The notes beneath the pieces are model-generated. The model saw only the letters and a program-made list of their open reading frames with translations. It had not been told where the DNA came from and searched no databases. The translations under genes and the position numbers were made by a program. Of a DNA stretch of 32,000 nucleotides, positions 28,982 through 32,000 are shown piece by piece. The first letter of the stretch is position 1. Every line of letters begins with the position of its first letter. The DNA comes from Pseudomonas aeruginosa (GTDB lineage: Bacteria > Pseudomonadota > Gammaproteobacteria > Pseudomonadales > Pseudomonadaceae), in NCBI RefSeq assembly GCF_001457615.1, contig NZ_LN831024.1:4470001-4502000 (forward strand), given 5' to 3'.

Positions 28982-31210
28982 TCAGAACGAGGTGGTCATC
29001 GAAACGTAGTAGGCGCGACCCGGCTCGTTGTAGGTTGCCGCGCCGGCGTCGAAGGAGTTGCCCTGGCGGTACAGGCGCTTGTCGAAGAGGTTGCTTACCC
29101 CGCCCCGTACGCTCAGGTTCTCGCTGAAGGTGTAGCCGGCGCTGACGCCCCAGATGCCATAGGTACCCACCTCTTTTCGCGAGACCACCGGCGTGTTGCG
29201 GCTGGTGCCATGCTTCGGCGGCTCCTGGCGGCCGTAGATGGTGCTGGTCAGTTGGGTGGAAAGACGCTCGCTGGCCTGCCAGTCCAGGGTCGAGTTCAGG
29301 GTGTACTCGGGGATCACCGAAAGCGGGTTGCCGGTGTCCTTGTCCTTGGATTGCAGCATATAGGTCAGGTTGGTGCTCCAGCTCAGGTCCTCGTGCAGGG
29401 GGACCAGCAGGTTGCCTTCCAGGCCCTCGACCACTGCTTTCTTCGCGTTGCTCCATTGCAGGATGTTGTTACCGGTCCCGGTCTGTCCCATGACATCCAG
29501 CGGCGCGACGATCTTGTTCTTGTAGTCGTTGCGGAAGTAGGTGAGCCCGGCGACCCAGCCATCGCGCCGGAACTCGATGCCCAGTTCCTTGTTTACGCTG
29601 GTCTCGGCGTCCAGGTTCTCGTTGCCGACCAGGTAGCAGCCGCCGCTGCTGGTCTGGATCGGGCAACCGTTGCCACGGGTATAGAGCAGGTAGTTCGGGT
29701 TGCTCTGGTACAGGTTGGGCGCCTTGAAGGCCCGTGCGATACCGGCCTTGACCGTGAAGTATTCGCCGAGCGTCTGGGAAGCGTTCAGGCTCGGGCTCCA
29801 GTTCAGGCCGAAGTCGCTGTGATCGTCCAGGCGCAGCCCGGGGGTGAGCATGGTGCCGGGGCGCAGTTCGATATTGTCTTCCACGTACAGCGCGCGGATC
29901 TCCGCCTTGCTTTTCGGGCTTCGCGAGCCGGCCGCGGGGGTCCCCGGCAAGCTATCGCTTCCCACGAAGCCCTGCTTGAGCGAGGACGGGTCGTTGAGGG
30001 TTTCCTTGTTCCACTCCGCGCCCACCGTCAGCACCTGCTCGAACAACGCATGCAACGGAAGGTTGAGTTCGCCGCTGAGGCGATAGTTCTCCAGCTTGCT
30101 GGTGCTGAACGAACGGTCGGCGCCGATCTGCCCCTCGACGGAACCGGCCAGCCCCTCCTCCAGACGGTTGTTGCGGGTGGAGTCGTACTGGGCGACGAAC
30201 CTGGAAGTACCGAACGACCAGGTCCCGTTGTGGGTGATGGCGTAGTTCTCGCGATACATGCGGTTGGTCTCCGCACCGTCGTCGGCGAGTCCCTGGGTAT
30301 TGGCGGTGCCGTTGTTGTTCTGGGTATCGCCGGCATAGATGTTGCCCTGTCGGCTGAAGCCCGCTTCGAAATCGACGACCTGGTCGGGGGTCACCTGCCA
30401 CGACAGCATCCCGCTGAGATCGCGATTGCGTACCCCTTCGCGTCCGGCCACGGTACGGCTCGGGTTGACGGTATGTCCGAGGTTGATGTCGGTATCGTCC
30501 GAATCGGTCTTGTTCGCGCTGCCGTACGCGCGGAAGCTCAAGGCTTCGGTCAGCGGCCCGCTGAGGCTGAAGTTGGCGCGGCGCGTGGCGCCATCCTTGG
30601 AGCTTTCCGGAATGTTGGTGAACACCGTCATGGAACCACGCAAACGATCGGTCGGGCGCTTGGTGATGATGTTGACTACCCCGCCCGCCGCGCCGGAACC
30701 GTAGCGTGCCGCCGCGGGCCCACGGAGGACCTCGATGCGCTCGACCTCCTCCGGCGGCACCCAGTTGCTGTCGCCGCGGGTGTCGCGTTCGCCGCGCCAG
30801 CCGTAGCGCACCGAGTTGCGCGAGCTGACCGGTTTGCCGTCGACCAGGATCAGGGTGTTCTCCGGCCCCATGCCGCGGATGTCGATCTGCCGGTTGTTGC
30901 CGCGCTGGCCGCTGGAACTGTTGCCGGTGAGGTTGACCCCGGGCATGGTGCGGATGATCTCGGAGAGATCGTTCACCGGCGGGCGCTTCCTGATGTCCTC
31001 GGCGGTGATGATGGATACCCCCGGTGCCTGCTTGAGCTCCTGTTCGGCGGTGCCCAGCACCACCTCGTCACCCAGCTGGACCACCGATTCGGCGCGTTCG
31101 TCCAGTTCTTCCAGGCGCTCGTCCTCGGCCAGGGCCTGCCCGCCCAGCAGGCTCGATGAAGCGAAAAGGACGGCAGCGGCGAGATGGCCGCGACGGAATT
31201 GGGGGTACAT
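28982..31210 (-). CDS. pirA: TonB-dependent ferric enterobactin receptor PirA
   Basis: 742 aa; signal peptide ...LLGGQALAEDERLEELDERAESVVQLGDEVVLGTAEQELKQAPGVSIITAEDI, plug domain RPPVNDLSEIIRTMPGVNLTGNSSSGQRGNNRQIDIRGMGPENTLILVDGKPV, C-terminal YYVSMTTSF. Confidence 0.93.
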   Translation of the reverse strand: MYPQFRRGHLAAAVLFASSSLLGGQALAEDERLEELDERAESVVQLGDEVVLGTAEQELKQAPGVSIITAEDIRKRPPVNDLSEIIRTMPGVNLTGNSSSGQRGNNRQIDIRGMGPENTLILVDGKPVSSRNSVRYGWRGERDTRGDSNWVPPEEVERIEVLRGPAAARYGSGAAGGVVNIITKRPTDRLRGSMTVFTNIPESSKDGATRRANFSLSGPLTEALSFRAYGSANKTDSDDTDINLGHTVNPSRTVAGREGVRNRDLSGMLSWQVTPDQVVDFEAGFSRQGNIYAGDTQNNNGTANTQGLADDGAETNRMYRENYAITHNGTWSFGTSRFVAQYDSTRNNRLEEGLAGSVEGQIGADRSFSTSKLENYRLSGELNLPLHALFEQVLTVGAEWNKETLNDPSSLKQGFVGSDSLPGTPAAGSRSPKSKAEIRALYVEDNIELRPGTMLTPGLRLDDHSDFGLNWSPSLNASQTLGEYFTVKAGIARAFKAPNLYQSNPNYLLYTRGNGCPIQTSSGGCYLVGNENLDAETSVNKELGIEFRRDGWVAGLTYFRNDYKNKIVAPLDVMGQTGTGNNILQWSNAKKAVVEGLEGNLLVPLHEDLSWSTNLTYMLQSKDKDTGNPLSVIPEYTLNSTLDWQASERLSTQLTSTIYGRQEPPKHGTSRNTPVVSRKEVGTYGIWGVSAGYTFSENLSVRGGVSNLFDKRLYRQGNSFDAGAATYNEPGRAYYVSMTTSF

Positions 31211-31373
31211 GCGTGACTACTCCTGTCGAGGGAAAACGGGTAGCAGGCGAGCCACGAGGGATACGTTGACGTTTTTTCTGAAGCCTGGGTCGCCGGCGTT
31301 GCGCGGGTGACGTCTCGGCACGGGTAGGACAGGGCGCAGACCCGGAACAAGGCCGGCCGAGGAGATCGGCACG

Positions 31374-31392
31374 GATGATAATCATTAACAAA
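31374..31392. promoter_or_regulatory. Candidate Fur box upstream of pirA
   Basis: GATGATAATCATTAACAAA resembles the GATAATGATAATCATTATC consensus; a second AT-rich element GTAAAGATCATTTAC follows. Confidence 0.6.
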
Positions 31393-31445
31393 AGAGAGTA
31401 AAGATCATTTACATCCAGGCCAAATGTAAAGGTACCTGCGCCTCG

Positions 31446-32000
31446 CTAGGCAGAAGGCAGCACCAGGCACAGGCGCAGCCCCGGATCGGCGGCTTCCGCC
31501 CATAGGCGGCCGCCCTGGAGCACCACGGCGCGACGGGCAATGCTCAGTCCCAGGCCGAAGCCCTTGCCGGTACGTGCCGAAGACAGCCGGGTGAACGGGC
31601 GGAAGATGGTCTCCAACTGGTGCTCGGCCACACCCTCGCCCTGGTCTTCCAGGCAAAGCCACCAGCAACTTCCTTCGCGCCGACCATGCAGGCGGATCAC
31701 GCCGCCTTCCGGCGAATGCCGGATGGCGTTGCGCAGCAGGTTCTCCAGGGCCTGGGCAAGTGCATTGAGGTTGCCACGCACGACACAATCCTCGGGCAGA
31801 GCGCTGCGGAACCGCTCGGCGGCCCAGCCGCTTTCGAAGCGTGCGTTCTCCACCAGCAGGTCCCATAACGCCGGGATGGAAATGTCCTCCAGCGCCAATA
31901 CCGGGCGTTCGGTGTCCATCCAGGCCAGCTCCAGGGTGTTGTCCACCAGTTGCTGCATGCCCCGTACCTCCTGCTCCAGGCGCTCGCGCAGGAGCTGCGC
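31446..32000 (-). CDS. pirS: Sensor histidine kinase C-terminal part (PirS-like; runs off window end)
   Basis: Reverse frame open to base 32000: AQLLRERLEQEVRGMQQLVDNTLELAWMDTERP...NLNALAQALENLLRNAIRHSPEGG...FGLGLSIARRAVVLQGGRLWAE: HATPase N and G boxes; located next to pirA. Confidence 0.85.
   Translation of the reverse strand, partial: AQLLRERLEQEVRGMQQLVDNTLELAWMDTERPVLALEDISIPALWDLLVENARFESGWAAERFRSALPEDCVVRGNLNALAQALENLLRNAIRHSPEGGVIRLHGRREGSCWWLCLEDQGEGVAEHQLETIFRPFTRLSSARTGKGFGLGLSIARRAVVLQGGRLWAEAADPGLRLCLVLPSA

Noticed and set aside
28022-31159. 1045-aa plus-strand ORF
   Set aside because: Runs antisense through pirA and into cysM; third-position GC bias in a high-GC genome creates long spurious antisense frames, and the minus-strand products are clearly recognisable.

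Overview
The window is a gene-dense, high-GC chromosomal segment that I recognise as core Pseudomonas aeruginosa. From protein content and gene order it matches the region of PAO1 from aspS (about PA0963) down to pirS (about PA0930); locus numbers come from memory, not a database search. Order: aspS(partial,-) | dps-like | membrane/cold-shock fusion | slyX(-) | HIT(-) | oprD | thioesterase(-) | proS | lipoprotein | acylphosphatase(-) | TlpA-like(-) | small protein | YihY/RNase BN-like(-) | arsC-like | wrbA (frameshifted) | DUF2069 | hda(-) | DUF2066(-) | purM-purN | DUF3108 | MarR(-) | thioredoxin/glutaredoxin-like | DUF2024-like | Rof/YaeO-like | small ORF | wzz2(-) | DUF2058(-) | lpxO2 | mazG(-) | relA(-, frameshifted) | rlmD(-) | cysM(-) | pirA(-) | pirS(partial,-). 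I see no prophage, transposon, CRISPR array or tRNA/rRNA, and no clearly new multi-gene defence or mobile system. Main points of interest: (1) two single-base losses in G/C tracts splitting relA and wrbA; (2) a small locus pairing a MarR regulator with a Cys-rich tail with CxxC proteins and a Rof-like predicted Rho inhibitor; (3) a variant/shortened extracellular loop in the OprD carbapenem porin; (4) an AT-rich oprD leader, a Fur-box-like site upstream of pirA, and an intergenic promoter/small-RNA candidate.
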